A DNA stretch of 63,396 bases, the filler included, from Chiloscyllium plagiosum (lineage: Eukaryota), in the NCBI RefSeq assembly GCF_004010195.1. It is 5 parts of one record of this genome, joined end to end, with 100 filler letters (N's around TTAATTAATTAA, not from the genome) between each part and the next. Parts side by side here need not be neighbours in the genome. Positions count along the whole stretch, not along the records: positions 25,925 to 40,274 come from NC_057716.1; 4 more parts are not named here. One strand, 5' to 3'. Within the stretch, counting starts at the first letter, position 1, and each line of letters opens with the position of its first letter. The position numbers and the translations under genes were made by a program. Positions 26,249-37,884 of this stretch are shown here, in pieces. The notes beneath the pieces are model-generated. The model did not search any database. It saw nothing but the letters and a program-made list of their open reading frames with translations, and was not told the DNA's origin.

Positions 26249-26266
26249 ATCCCGGACGAGCCCCCA
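26249..26266 (-). promoter_or_regulatory. Primer-binding site, tRNA-Pro
   Basis: Minus strand TGGGGGCTCGTCCGGGAT (18 nt, same as the MLV-type tRNA-Pro PBS), 2 nt after the LTR CA end. Confidence 0.92.
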
Positions 26267-26338
26267 ATTGTGCGAGATAAGCGGCTGTCCGGCCCCATCT
26301 CCGGCACTTTTATTTCCCTTCCCAGGAACAAAGACACG

Positions 26339-26497
26339 GAGGAGTCTGTCCAAAACTTTTCATTCAACTTTGCAAAGTCGGGTGTTGTTTCCGTGGGTAC
26401 ACACACAGCATAGTAATGAGGAGTCTGTCCAAAACTTTTCATTCAACTTTGCAAAGTCGGGTGTTGTTTCCGTGGGTACACACACAAGCATAGTAAT
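26339..26497. repeat. 79/80-bp tandem duplication inside the ERV LTR
   Basis: 26339-26417 and 26418-26497 are identical except for one extra A. Confidence 0.95.
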
Positions 26498-27349
26498 CTC
26501 CACGCATTATATACACATATATGTGGGCTGGGTCTCCTACTGCTGTCTTGACCAATGAGTGCTAGTGTTCCCCACTGTTTTTCCTTATTTGGGTTCTGGT
26601 GCCTGCGATTATTTTGTTATTCACTTGGCTAATCAGTGTTCGAGCTCCCCGTTCTTTCCTTATATGGATGATGTTGTACAACTGTGGTTAAGGGCGGTCT
26701 CTCAACTATCGAGGAAAGCTGTTACAATTGTTTCATTCATAAAAACATGGGGGAGGTCCGGCAACAGTTTCGAGTGTCTGCTTGTGTTTACTATAAGGTA
26801 GAAAAGACTAAAATGCAGCTAACCGTTTAAAAATTACACTACCCCCTACAGCAGTTCTCCTCCCAAATGTTCAATTTTCCCTGGTCTTATACCCCCAAAG
26901 CATTGATTTGTGTCATTGGCTTTTAAGATTGTCAAGATACTAAATGCAAACGTGATTGGAGTTTGGTAATTTTTGGGAGTATATTTAAACTGATTGGCCT
27001 TATTCAAATATGTTTTTGTCTCCAGGGAACCAGCTACCCCAGTTATCCCAGTAGCTGAAGAACATGTTACATTGTTTCCTATTCGGAACACTTGGTGCTG
27101 TCACTGCTAGCTTTTAACTCTCTTTAAGGTACAGTACACTCACATCTTCGTAACACCTCTCTCCTTAAAATAAAGTAAACCATCATTATGAGAAGATGGC
27201 TTCATTTTTTTCTTTTTTTTAAACACATTACCCTAACAGGCAGGTAACTTTAATGTACATTCACCTTAATCTCTTCCCATCAACCTGTGTGTGTATATAT
27301 GTATATATATAAAAACATTAAATAAAAACAAATCTTATCTGAACTTTAT

Positions 27350-30300
27350 CAGTTAAATCAGTGATAACGCATCTGCGATTACATTCTTACGACCGGCAAC
27401 AAGTATGATTTTTAAATTAAAAGTCTGTAACATAAGACTCCAATGAAATAGTCTCATCTTCTTGTCTTTAAAGCTTTCTAAGAATGTAAGCAAATTGTGA
27501 TCCGTATACATAACTGTCTCCTATACATTGTTTGTCACATACACATTACAATGTTGTAAAGCCAGTACCAAACTCAATAGTTCTTTCTTGGTTGTGGAGT
27601 ATTCCTTTGATGGATATTGATCTTCTTCAAAAAGTAACCAACTGGCAGTTCATTCCCATCCTCATCTTCCCATAGGAGTACAGCTCCAACTCCAATGCCA
27701 CTAGCATCGATGGCAACTTCAAAAGGTTTTGAAACATTTGGTGCAGCTAAAACTGGTTTGGTGGTTCATATTGATTTCAAGTGGTCAAATGCCTCCTGGC
27801 ATTGTCCTGTCCACCCAAACATTGTGTTCTTCTTCAGCAAATCTGTTAACAGTGCCATTGCACTGCTGTAGTTGGAAACAAACTTCCAATAGATTCGCTG
27901 AGTGCAAAGAATTGAAACACTTCTTTCTTCGAGGTTGGTTGTGGAAATTCCTCTATGGCCTTCGTGTTTGCGTTCTGTGGAGTCAACCTTCCATGACTGA
28001 TGTTATGTCCCAACTCAGTTATATTTAAGTTTATCACCAGTTTTGCTTATCGTAGTCATTCAAAGAGCTCTACCAACTGTACCATGTGATCTTTCCAGGA
28101 CTTACTAAAGATCACTACATCATCCAAATAGACTGCACAGTTTGTTAACCCAGCCACAACTCTGTTCATGAGTCTTTGGAATGTGGCAGGTGTGTTCTTC
28201 ATTCCAAAGGGCATCACTTTAAACTGATATAATTCCTCTTGTTGTCTAGAGGAATTAAGGGCTACGGGGAGAACGCTGGTAAGTGGAGCTGAAATGCGCA
28301 TCAGCCATGATTGAATGGCGGAGTGGACTCGATGGGCCAAATGGCCTTACTTCCACTCCTATGTCTTATGGTATTATGGTCTTATAGTCCATTTGGGGTT
28401 ACAAATGCAGAAATTTCCTTTGCCATCTCTGGTAAAGGTATCTGCCAGTAACCATGCATTAAGTCCAACCTGGTGATGTAACTGGCTTGTCCGACTTTCT
28501 CGATACAGTCCTCCGATTTTGTAACGGCCTTCCAATAATCCACGCAGAATCATTGAGGCCCGTCCGGTTTGAGAAATAAGAATACCGGCAACTCCACTCA
28601 CTCTGACTTGATTCGATGATGTCCTCGTCGAGCTTCGTCTCCACCTCCATCTGGACCTGTCTGGCTTTGAAAGGATTAAACCGATAGGGGTGTTGTTTTA
28701 TCAGAGCAGTATTCCCTTATATACAGTAGCATTAGTCCTCCCATCTGATTCTTACATATGTCCTTATACTGCAGTAACAAATCTTTCAACTGCATTCTAT
28801 GCTCATGTGACAGATAGCTTACTAACCTATCCCACTCCTCAAGGTCTTCTTCATTCTTTACGCTGTTTTGAGGCACAACAAAATCCATATCATCTGGATT
28901 TGATTCCTCACTCTGCAGGGTAGTAATTAACACTTGTTTCTGCAGTTCTTTGTCTCTCGTATAATACGGTTTCAACATGTTCACATGACATACTCGATAC
29001 TTTTTTTTCTATCTGGCATCTTTATTAGATTGTTCGCCTGACTCAACCTTTTCTCAATTTGATAGGGACCACTAAGCCTTGCTTTGAAGGATCTCCTATC
29101 ACTGGTGACAGTACTAATACGTCATCCCGTAGGGAAAATTTCTGAGTCTGAGAGCTTTTATCTGCCACCTGCTTCATTCTACACTGTGCCCTCTTTAGGT
29201 GCCATTTAGCTAACTCACCTACTCTGTTTAATCTCCCCTTCACCTCCGATACATAAGCTAAGTGTGAGATCTCTGACTTTGGTCCTGTCAATTTTTTCTT
29301 TAATTAATTTCAAAGGACTTCTCACTTCATGATCGAATATTAACTCGAAGGGATGAACTGAATAGATTAATTTGGGCATCTCTAATGGCAAACAATATGA
29401 ATGGGATACCTTTATCCCAATCATTCAGGTAATCCTGACAGTTTGCTCTCAACATGGTCTTCAAGGTATGATGCTACCTTTTGAAAGCTCCCTGGGATTC
29501 AGGATGATACGCATTGAATTTAAAGTGCTGTATGCCGAAGCTATCTTAAATAGCCTAGCAGTAAAATGTGACCCTTGGTCCGACTGAATCTCTCTGGGTA
29601 GCCCATACCGTGTGACGAAAGCTACTAACTCCTCTACCACCCTTTTTGCCTTGGTACTCCATAATGGAAGTGCCTCCGGAAATCTGGTAGACACATCCAT
29701 TATGGTTAATAAGTACTGGTTCCCACTTTTAGTTCTCGGGAGGGAACCTACACAATCACTTATAACCCACGTGAAAGGTTCTTCAAATGTGGGAATTGGT
29801 AACAAAGGGGCTGACTTTATTACCACCTGTGGCTTACCTACCATTTGGCGTGTATGATTATTATGGCAGATGTTAATCACATCCTTGTGCATTCCAGGCC
29901 AACAAAAATGTTTTTGTACCTTAGCCTGTGTCTTTCATATTCCTTGGTGACCTCCTACAGATAGCTCAAATGCTACCCATAACACCTCCTGTCTTTATGC
30001 TACCGGTAGTACAATCTGGTGCACTTTGGCCCATTTCTCCTCTGCACTAACCTGTCGTGGTCTCCATTTCCTCCTTAGGATGCTATCTTTCCGATAATAA
30101 CCCTCCAGAATATTCTCAGCCTCCTTTTCGGAGTATACATCCACATATATATCTTTTATCATTTTGTCTTGCTGTTGCAAGTCTCTTAGTCTTTCAGGAG
30201 TAAACACGTCTGTCTGACCGTCTGCCTGTTCAGGGTTTTCTTGCACCATTACGTTAAACAGGGTATCTGCCAACTGAACCTCAACTCCTTCATCTTTCTC

Positions 30301-30700
30301 TTTACTTTTCGCTTTGTGCTGTCACTTATGATAGTGGAATCTGGTTACCACACAGTCTGGGAAAATACCAGGATATTTCTATTCTAACTCCACAGTTCTT
30401 TGGTCTTCCTTGGACTTCTTCACAACAAGGGGTGTCACTCCCACCTTGGATCCTGCCAAATCATTCCCAAGAACAAACTGAATTCCTGGAACTTACACTC
30501 TGTCAATCACTCCATTGGAACTTCCCCAGTCTTAAGTTGGCACGCCAACCTGACCTTACATAGGGGTACGCTAAATTTCTGTCCACACACTCAGGTAACA
30601 GATCAGAAGGAGTGCATATTCACTCATCTCTTGCTATCAGTGACTGGTTAGATCCTGTATGTCTCAAAATTATAACTTTGTGTCCTTCTCCCCCTGTTCT
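27350..30700 (-). pseudogene. pol: Gypsy pol in the order protease, integrase, RT, RNase H
   Basis: ILRHTGS (decayed DTG, ~30660); EPF..VISDCVG, IQSDQG (29500-29800); MPFGMKN.PATFQRLM, YLDD (28100-28220); IDAS..GVGAVL and ADALS (27360-27720). Confidence 0.88.
28245..28388 (+). mobile_element. Short CR1 3' tail inserted in Gypsy RT
   Basis: CR1 3'UTR 'atcagccatgattgaatggcggag' with (cttatggt)n tail. Confidence 0.8.
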
Positions 30701-30749
30701 TTCTGAGTAAACCTTACCCACAGAGGCAAATTCTTTGTAGAGATCAGGA

Positions 30750-32080
30750 ACTAACTCATACCCAGCTCCTGTCTAGGTTGTGCACTCTCCTCCAGCTCCT
30801 TGGCTCTTCTTGGGGTCTCCTTTACTACCTTCACTAATGCCAAAGGCTTAGCTTCTTTTACCACATCTTTTCCCATAGTGCTTTTCTTTAATGACCAGCA
30901 CTGTGACTTTATGTGTCCCACTTTACCACAGGAGACTTTCACCTCCTTTCCATCCTCTTGGGCTTCTTTTTTATCCTGGGGTAAATTCTTACTAGTGCTC
31001 TCTACTCTTGTTTTCATAGTGTAGGATCTCCCCTTCTCTCAACTCTTATCTCCCACAGGACAAAATTCTGGCCAGATGCTTGTCTTATGCACCAAATGTA
31101 CTCATCTGCTAATTTTGCTGCCCTTCTCACTTCCTGAACTTTCTGTTCCTCCATGTAAATTCTTACCATCTCTGGAAGTGAGTTTTTAAACTCCTCCAGC
31201 AGAATAATCTCTCCTACAGCCTCAAAGGTCTTATCTATTTTCTAAGCACACTACCCATCTATCAAAATAACTATGTTTAATTCTTTCAAACTCAGCATAA
31301 GTCTGACTTGGTTCTTTCTTTGTGTTTCTGAACTGCTGTCTATGTGTTTCTGGTACCAATTCATAAGCACTTAAAATAGTCTGTTTAACCTCTTCATAAT
31401 TCTTTGACCTATCATCTGACAGTGTACCAAATACCTCAGTAGGTCTGCCTACCAGTTTAGTCTGAACCAGCATTACCCATAAATCCTTGGACCACTCCAT
31501 CTGCCTAGTAAATTTTTCAAATGATATAAAGAAGGCTTCAACACCTTTCTCATCAAAATGTGGCAGAGTTTTGACATATTCGTATATCTCACTACCTTCT
31601 CTTTTAATCTCCATCCTGTTAACTTGACTTTGCTGATTAAATCGCAACTTCTCAAGTTCAAATTCTCTCTCTTTTGGTCTCATCCTTTCTTCTCTCTCTC
31701 TTTGCTCAACTAAGAACCTTCTGTCTCTCTCTTTTCCCTTGCGCTCTCTCTCTCTTTTTCCTCCATCTCTCTCTCTCTGTCTTTCCTCTCTCTCTCTTTT
31801 TCTCCATCTCTCTTCTCTCTCTCTCTTTCTCTTGCCTCTCTCTCTCTTTCTCTTTCTCTCTCTCTTTGCTTATCTTCTAACTCTATTTTCCTCAATTGTA
31901 ATTTAAGTTCTACCTCCACTGCACGTTTCGCTGACACACCTAAGTGTTTGAGTAACTCACTTGCAATTTCAGTTTTACTTTTACCCTTGGTTAAACCCAA
32001 ATCTAACTTACTTGCTAATTCTAAAAGTATGGCCTTTTTCTTTCCTTCTAAACTTTCTTGGCAAACTTGAGAATCACCTT
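30750..32080 (-). pseudogene. gag: Gypsy gag: RE-rich coiled coil, SCAN-like capsid region, CCHC knuckle
   Basis: FDEKGVEAFFISFEK...W...LVQTKLVG; CGKVGHIKSQC; several frameshifts. Confidence 0.8.
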
Positions 32081-32941
32081 CAAATCCTAGAATTTCAGAG
32101 CCATTCCTCTCACTTCTAATTTAATCAACCACATGTCACCGAAATTAAACAAATTGTGTTACTTATGTTTTATTTAAAGATCTAGGATACTAACCTGCAA
32201 TTGTTTAAATCTGCTAGGATGTTTTGTACCCCCAAATCTATTCAAATCTGTCTAAAACGAGCCCCCATACTGTTATGACACAGGGTAAACCCTCCTGCTT
32301 AATTTAAAATGGCAAGACAGAAAAGATTTATCCCGTGCAATAATCTGTGAAACTTTGAGAGGCCAAGAACTAATTAAAGTAAAACATGTAACAACTTTAT
32401 TTCTTGAAGTATAACAGACAATAATTAACTAACAACTATCTATAATTCCTTCCTCCAACTTATATTTACCTTTCCTTCTATAATACTAGTCTGTTAAAAC
32501 TCCTGATTAAGATTTACAAAGCAAAGCTTCTTATTTCCAAACCAGGCAGCTTTCGGTTCTTCTCTGTATTCCTGTCTTCTTTTCTTCTTGGGGATATTGC
32601 TTCACAGGTTAGAGACCTATTCTCTGGGCAGCTTGCAGATGTCATTGGCTTGCAAGTTCTCCTCCCAACTGTTCAATTTTCCCTGGTCTTATACCCCAAC
32701 CATCGGATTGTGTCATTGACTTATAAGATTGTCAATATATTGAATTCAAACATGCTTGGAGTTTGGTATTTATTTTGGGGGTATATTTCGGCTGATTGGC
32801 CTAATTCAAGTCTGTTTTTTGTCTCCAGGCAACTAACTACGCTAGCTACGCCAGTTGCTGGACCACATGTTATATGGTATCCTATTCAGACCACTTGGGA
32901 TAAATCTTTTCTGTCTTGTCACTGTTTGTTTTTAACTCTCT

Positions 32942-34275
32942 GAAGGGAATTTATATTTGCCAGAAATTGGTGTTGGAGAGACTGTTAGGTCTGACGGCTG
33001 ATAAGTCCCTGGGGCCTGATGGTCTACATCCCAGGGTACTGAAGGAGGTGGCTCTAGAAATCGTGGATGCGTTGGTGATTATTTTCCAAAGTTCGATAGA
33101 TTCGGGATCAGTTCCTGTGGATTGGAGGGTGGCTAATGTTGTACCACTTTTTAAGAAAAGAGTGAGAGAAAAAGCAGGAAATTATAGACCAGTTAGTCTG
33201 ACCTCAGTGGTGGGAAAGATGCTGGAGTCAATTATAAATGATGAAATTACAACACATCTGGATAGCAGTAATAGGATAGGTCAGAGTCAGCATGGATTTA
33301 TGAAGGGGAAATCATGCTTGACTAATCTTCTGGAATTTTTTGAGGATGTAACTCTGAAGATGGACAAGGGAGATCCAGTGGATGTAGTGTACCTGGATTT
33401 TCAGAAAGCCTTTGATAAAGTCTCACACAGCAGTCAGTGAGCAAGATTAGAGCACATGATATTGGGGGCAAAGTACTGACTTGGATTGAAAATTGGTTGG
33501 CTGACAGGAAACAAAGATTAGTGATAAATGGCTCCATTTCGGAATGGCAAGCAGTGACCAGTGGGGTACTGCAGGGATCAGTACTGGGACCGCAACTTTT
33601 TACAATATATATTAATGATATAGAAGATGGTACTTTGCTGATGATACAAAGCTGGGTGGCAGGGTGAAATGTGAGGAGGATGTTAGAAGATTACAGGGTG
33701 ACCTGGACAGGTTAGGTAAGTGGACAGATGCATGGCAGATGCAGTTTAATGTGGATAAATGTATGGTTATCCACTTTGGTGGCAAAAACAGGAAGGCAAA
33801 GACATTCTGGTTCACGAGGTCAATTCCTGGAATGGTGGGACTATCTTATGTTGAAAGATTGGAGTGACTAGGCTTGTATACCCTTGAGTTTAGAAGACTG
33901 AGAAGGAATCTGATTGAGACATATAAGATCATTAAAGCATTGGACACTCTGGAGGCAAGAAACATGTTTCCACTGATGGGTGAGTGCCGAACCAGAGGAC
34001 ACAGCTTAAAAATACGGGGTAGACCATTTAGGACAGAGATGAGGAGAAACTTCTTCACCCAGAGAGTGGTGGCTGTGTGGAATGCTCTGCCCCAGAGGGC
34101 AGTGGAGGCCCAGTTTCTGGATTCGTTTAAGAAAGAGTTGGATAGAGCTCTCAAAGATAGTGGAATCAAGGGTTATGGAGATAAGGCAGGAACAGGATAC
34201 TGATTGAGAATGACCAGCCATGATCATAATGAATGGTAGTGCAGGCTCGAAGGTCTATTGTCTATTGTCTATTGT
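32942..34275 (+). mobile_element. CR1 ORF2 3' half inserted in the Gypsy 5' LTR
   Basis: GPDG.HPRVLKE, NYRPVSLTS, YLDFQKAFDKV; (ctattgt)n tail; LTR sequence resumes at about 34277. Confidence 0.92.
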
Positions 34276-34423
34276 ATAAAGGTATAGTACACCCAGATCT
34301 TCATAACAAACTGACAGGGAAAAGCTGATCACATTAAGTCCCCTTATCTGAGGAACATAGCACTGAATATGAGGCAGCAAAATGGGCTGTTTTACACACA
34401 TATACAGTGCCAAGCATTTAAAT

Positions 34424-34652
34424 GAGGAGAGAGTGAGGTCTGCAGATGTTGGAGATCAGAGTTGAGAGTGTGTTGCTGGAAAAGCACAGCAGATCAGGCA
34501 GCATCCAAGGAGTAGGAGAATCGACGTTTCAGACCGGAGCCCTTCATCATTCCTGAAGGATTCTCCTCTGATGCTACCTAACCTGCTATGATTTTCCAGC
34601 GCCACACTTTTTGACTCTGATCTCCAGCATCTGCAGTCCTCATTTTCTCCTA
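34424..34652. mobile_element. Fold-back family A element
   Basis: Long inverted arms beginning ggagagagtgagg..tgcagatg and ending catctgcagtcctcattttctcc. Confidence 0.85.
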
Positions 34653-35550
34653 GATGTAATAATGCCACTGCTTAGTGACAACAGACAAATTCTCAAGAGA
34701 CTTCGATTCAAATCCCAAAGTGGAATTTACATTTAATTAATTAAAATCTAGTGTCAGTAATGGGAGCCTTCCTTTCCTGGTCTGGCCTACTTGTGACATG
34801 CAGATCCACTAGATGTGGTTGACCCTTAACTGTGCTCTGAAATGGCCAGCCACTCAGTTGTACAAAACTTACAGTTAGAAATGGAGTAATGTTTTTAAAG
34901 GGCTTCTAGGTAAGAGTGATCATAAAGTTTTTTTAAAAAATCACAGTCTGTTTTAAGCTCCGTAATTCGCATCTGAAACGCATACATTAAACTGAAATAA
35001 AGACATTTACATGAAGACAGAGTTGGCTATGGTGGCATGGGAAGATGGCTTAAAAGACAAGATGGAAGAGATATAGTGGCAGCCATTTAACAATGTTTTT
35101 ATAATTCTCAACAAAAATAATTTCTTCGCTTATTGGAGAATTAGTTTTATTTATAATTTCACAGGGTTAGGCATCACTAGCTATGGTGGCATTGAATACC
35201 CATCCCTAATTGGCCTTGTACAGAGGTTGGTGAGGCTCCTTCTTCAACCACGTGAGATTCTTGGAGTGTAAGCACAGCCAAAATGTAGGAGTTGTAGGAT
35301 CTTGATATAGCAACAGTGAAGGAAAAACAATACAGCTGCCAGTCTAGATGGTGTATGGTTGGAAGGGAACTTCTAGCTTGTGGTGTTCCCATGCAACTTC
35401 CATCTTTATCCTTCTCAATGGCTGAGTTAGTAGATGCTGCTGAAGCAACATTGTGAGTTGTTGAAGTGCAACATGTATACGGTACATGCTCCTGCAACAA
35501 TGCCTTAGTGTTACAACCAGGTGAGGAAGAATCATTTACTTCTCATTTAA

Positions 35551-35740
35551 AGTTGAGAGTGTGTTGCTAGAAAAGCACAGCAGTTCAGGTAGCATCCGAG
35601 GAGCAGGTGAGTCGAAATTTTGGGCATAAGCCCTTCATCAGTAATGTCATTCCTGATGAAGGGCTTATGCCCGAAACGTTGACTATCCTGCTCCTTGGAT
35701 GCAGCCTAACTGTTGTGCTTTTCCAGCACCACACTTTTCA
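35551..35740. mobile_element. Fold-back family A element with two divergent hammerhead cores
   Basis: Inverted arms around a central 'taatgtcatt' spacer. Confidence 0.88.
35649..35684 (+). ncRNA. Minimal hammerhead ribozyme motif, family A
   Basis: CTGATGA 35653-35659, A, GGGC-TTAT-GCCC, GAAA 35673-35676, CGTT (palindromic AACGTT, GUU triplet). Confidence 0.75.
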
Positions 35741-37426
35741 GGTTTACCACATCACCCACCTTATTAAAACAGTCAAATTCTTTTTATTGTGCATAATTAT
35801 TACATAATTTCGAAAACATTATTTTCGGATTCATTCCAATGTTCTCTCTCTTCAGTAGGAACAAAAATATGATGAAAAGTCCAAGCAAAAGCAATTTCTT
35901 CACTTCCACATCCCCATGACATTGTTTGACACTGAAACAAATGAATCTCTATGGGCGAATAATGCAGATATCATCTGTTATACATAGAAAATGCTTTACT
36001 TTTCCTCTATTTTACAGTGATAACCTAGACCAGTAGAATCCAATCAGTAATCTGCATCAGACAGCTCAGGGAGTGAGAGCTCCCATTCCTTCACTTCAAT
36101 AATTTGGAGGATTTAAAAAAAAAGAGAAATAGGACACAAGTCAATTTATTTTTCGTCCTGGGAATATAGAGATGCCTTTCAAGTGACTGACCTGTAGAAG
36201 GGAACTGAATTTAAATCTTCCACTAATCTTAAAATGGAATTCTACTCTAAATCCCAACGGCTACTTAAATATCTCAGTTAACTCTGTGCATTCTTCACCT
36301 CTGGGCTGACCTTGTTCCAGGATATCACCCCTTGCAAAGGTTACCTACTCATCACCAGGCAAGAATGTTCCACACACCAGTTCAAGCTCCCATTGTTGAA
36401 GTTTCAATTCCTTAAAACCAAAACAACATTGTTAAGCTGGTTATTAAAAGTGAATGAGAAGTGGTTTAGAGAGATCGGCAATGGTTTTCTCCTCCAGAGG
36501 TTGGCAGGAGTCTATGTGAAAGCACAGTCGAGGTAGAAAACCCTTGTTACACATTTGGAAAAAGTACCTCGAGTGCCGTAACCTGAAGGGCTATGGACCA
36601 AATGCTGGAAAATAGGATTAGGCTGGCTGTCTCATTTCTCCACCATGCAGACATGATGAGCGGTGTGGACTCTTTCTGAGCTGAATCGCATGAACATTCT
36701 GTGATTCCATAGTCCTTCCTTTCTTCTCTTGTGTTACAACAATGACTACATTTCAAAATTACTCCACTCACTGATAATCACTTTGAAACTGGCCATGAAA
36801 ATATACATGTCAGCCTTTCTCTTTTCCATTAACAGCAGAAACATAGCTTTAGTAATTATAAAATAATCACAGAACAGTTGATCTAACTTATCCAATCAGT
36901 CCTCCATGCTTCAGACTCAATTTCTCCCAATGCTCCTCATCTCATCCCATTAACACATTTTTATTTTCTATTCTTTCTCATCTTACTTCCCCTTGAGTGC
37001 TTCGATGTTAATTGTCACAGCTATTCTGTGGGAGCAAGTTCCAAATTCTACCCTCTGTTTGGACAAACATTCTCCTGCATCCCCTACTTGATATATTATT
37101 GACTATTCTTATATTTGTGGATGATAAACTGAGGTATTTCTTCTCTATTTGGTGGACATTAAAGATACCTTGGCACTATTTTGAAATAGAGAATGAGAGT
37201 TCTCACTGATGACTTGCTCAATATTTACCTCTCAAGCATCATTGTGAAAACAGGTTAGCTGAACATAATTTCAATACTTCTGGTACAATTCAACAAATAC
37301 AGAATATACCATTCCTTTTGTCATTCAATCACTACTATTCATCACTGTGCTTCGCGTCTGCTGCTCAGAAGCTATGTACCTCTACATCTTTGGGAAGAGA
37401 CTGACTGTGTTATGACATTCTTTTGC

Positions 37427-37577
37427 TGGAAATGTGTTGCTGGAAAAGCGCAGCAGGTCAGGCAGCATCCAGGGAACAGGAGAATCGACGTTTCGGGCAT
37501 AAGCCCTTTTTCAGCCTTTCCAGCAACACATTTCCAGCTCTGATCTCCAGCATCTGCAGACCTCACTTTCTCCTATA
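37427..37577. mobile_element. Fold-back family A element, centre deleted
   Basis: TSD acattcttttgc at 37415-37426 and 37578-37589. Confidence 0.85.
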
Positions 37578-37665
37578 ACATTCTTTTGCCTGGCTGGGCA
37601 TTGCTTTGGCCTCTGAGGCTTATTTTTTTATTTCATATGGCTGACACTGCCTCTTAAAATCTGCT

Positions 37666-37795
37666 AGGAGAAAGTGAGGACTGCAGATGCTGGAGATCAG
37701 AGCTGAAAATGTGTTGCTGGAAAAGCGCAGCAGGTCAGGCAGCATCCAAGGAGCAGGAGACTCGATGTTTCGGGCATGAGCCCTTCTTCAGGAAG
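37666..37795 (-). mobile_element. Family A element with near-intact hammerhead core
   Basis: Minus strand 37764-37791: CTGAAGA-A-GGGC-TCAT-GCCC-GAAA-CATC. Confidence 0.85.
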
Positions 37796-37884
37796 TCTGC
37801 CGTTTGGCACACTCTCAGTGGCAGCCTTTCATGTGCAACTTTGTACCATTATTTCTTTCAGATTTTAAATTCTATTAAATTACT

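Larger units (their letters stand above)
25925..26850 (-). mobile_element. Retrovirus-like (ERV) 5' LTR, PBS and leader; remainder lost in gap
   Basis: LTR 26269-26850 with TG..CA, TATATAA (26507-26513) and AATAAA (26309-26314); perfect PBS; splice donor AG|GTAAGA near 25980. Confidence 0.8.
26851..34308 (-). mobile_element. Gmr1-like Gypsy LTR retrotransposon, decayed
   Basis: 5' LTR 32271-34308 (split by CR1); partial Pro PBS tgggggctcgt 32257-32267; gag-PR-INT-RT-RH; PPT at 27156-27168; partial 3' LTR 26851-27155. Confidence 0.9.

Noticed and set aside
31674..32000. RE-rich and SL-rich ORFs as independent genes
   Set aside because: They come from the (GA/TC)n tract within the Gypsy gag coiled-coil region
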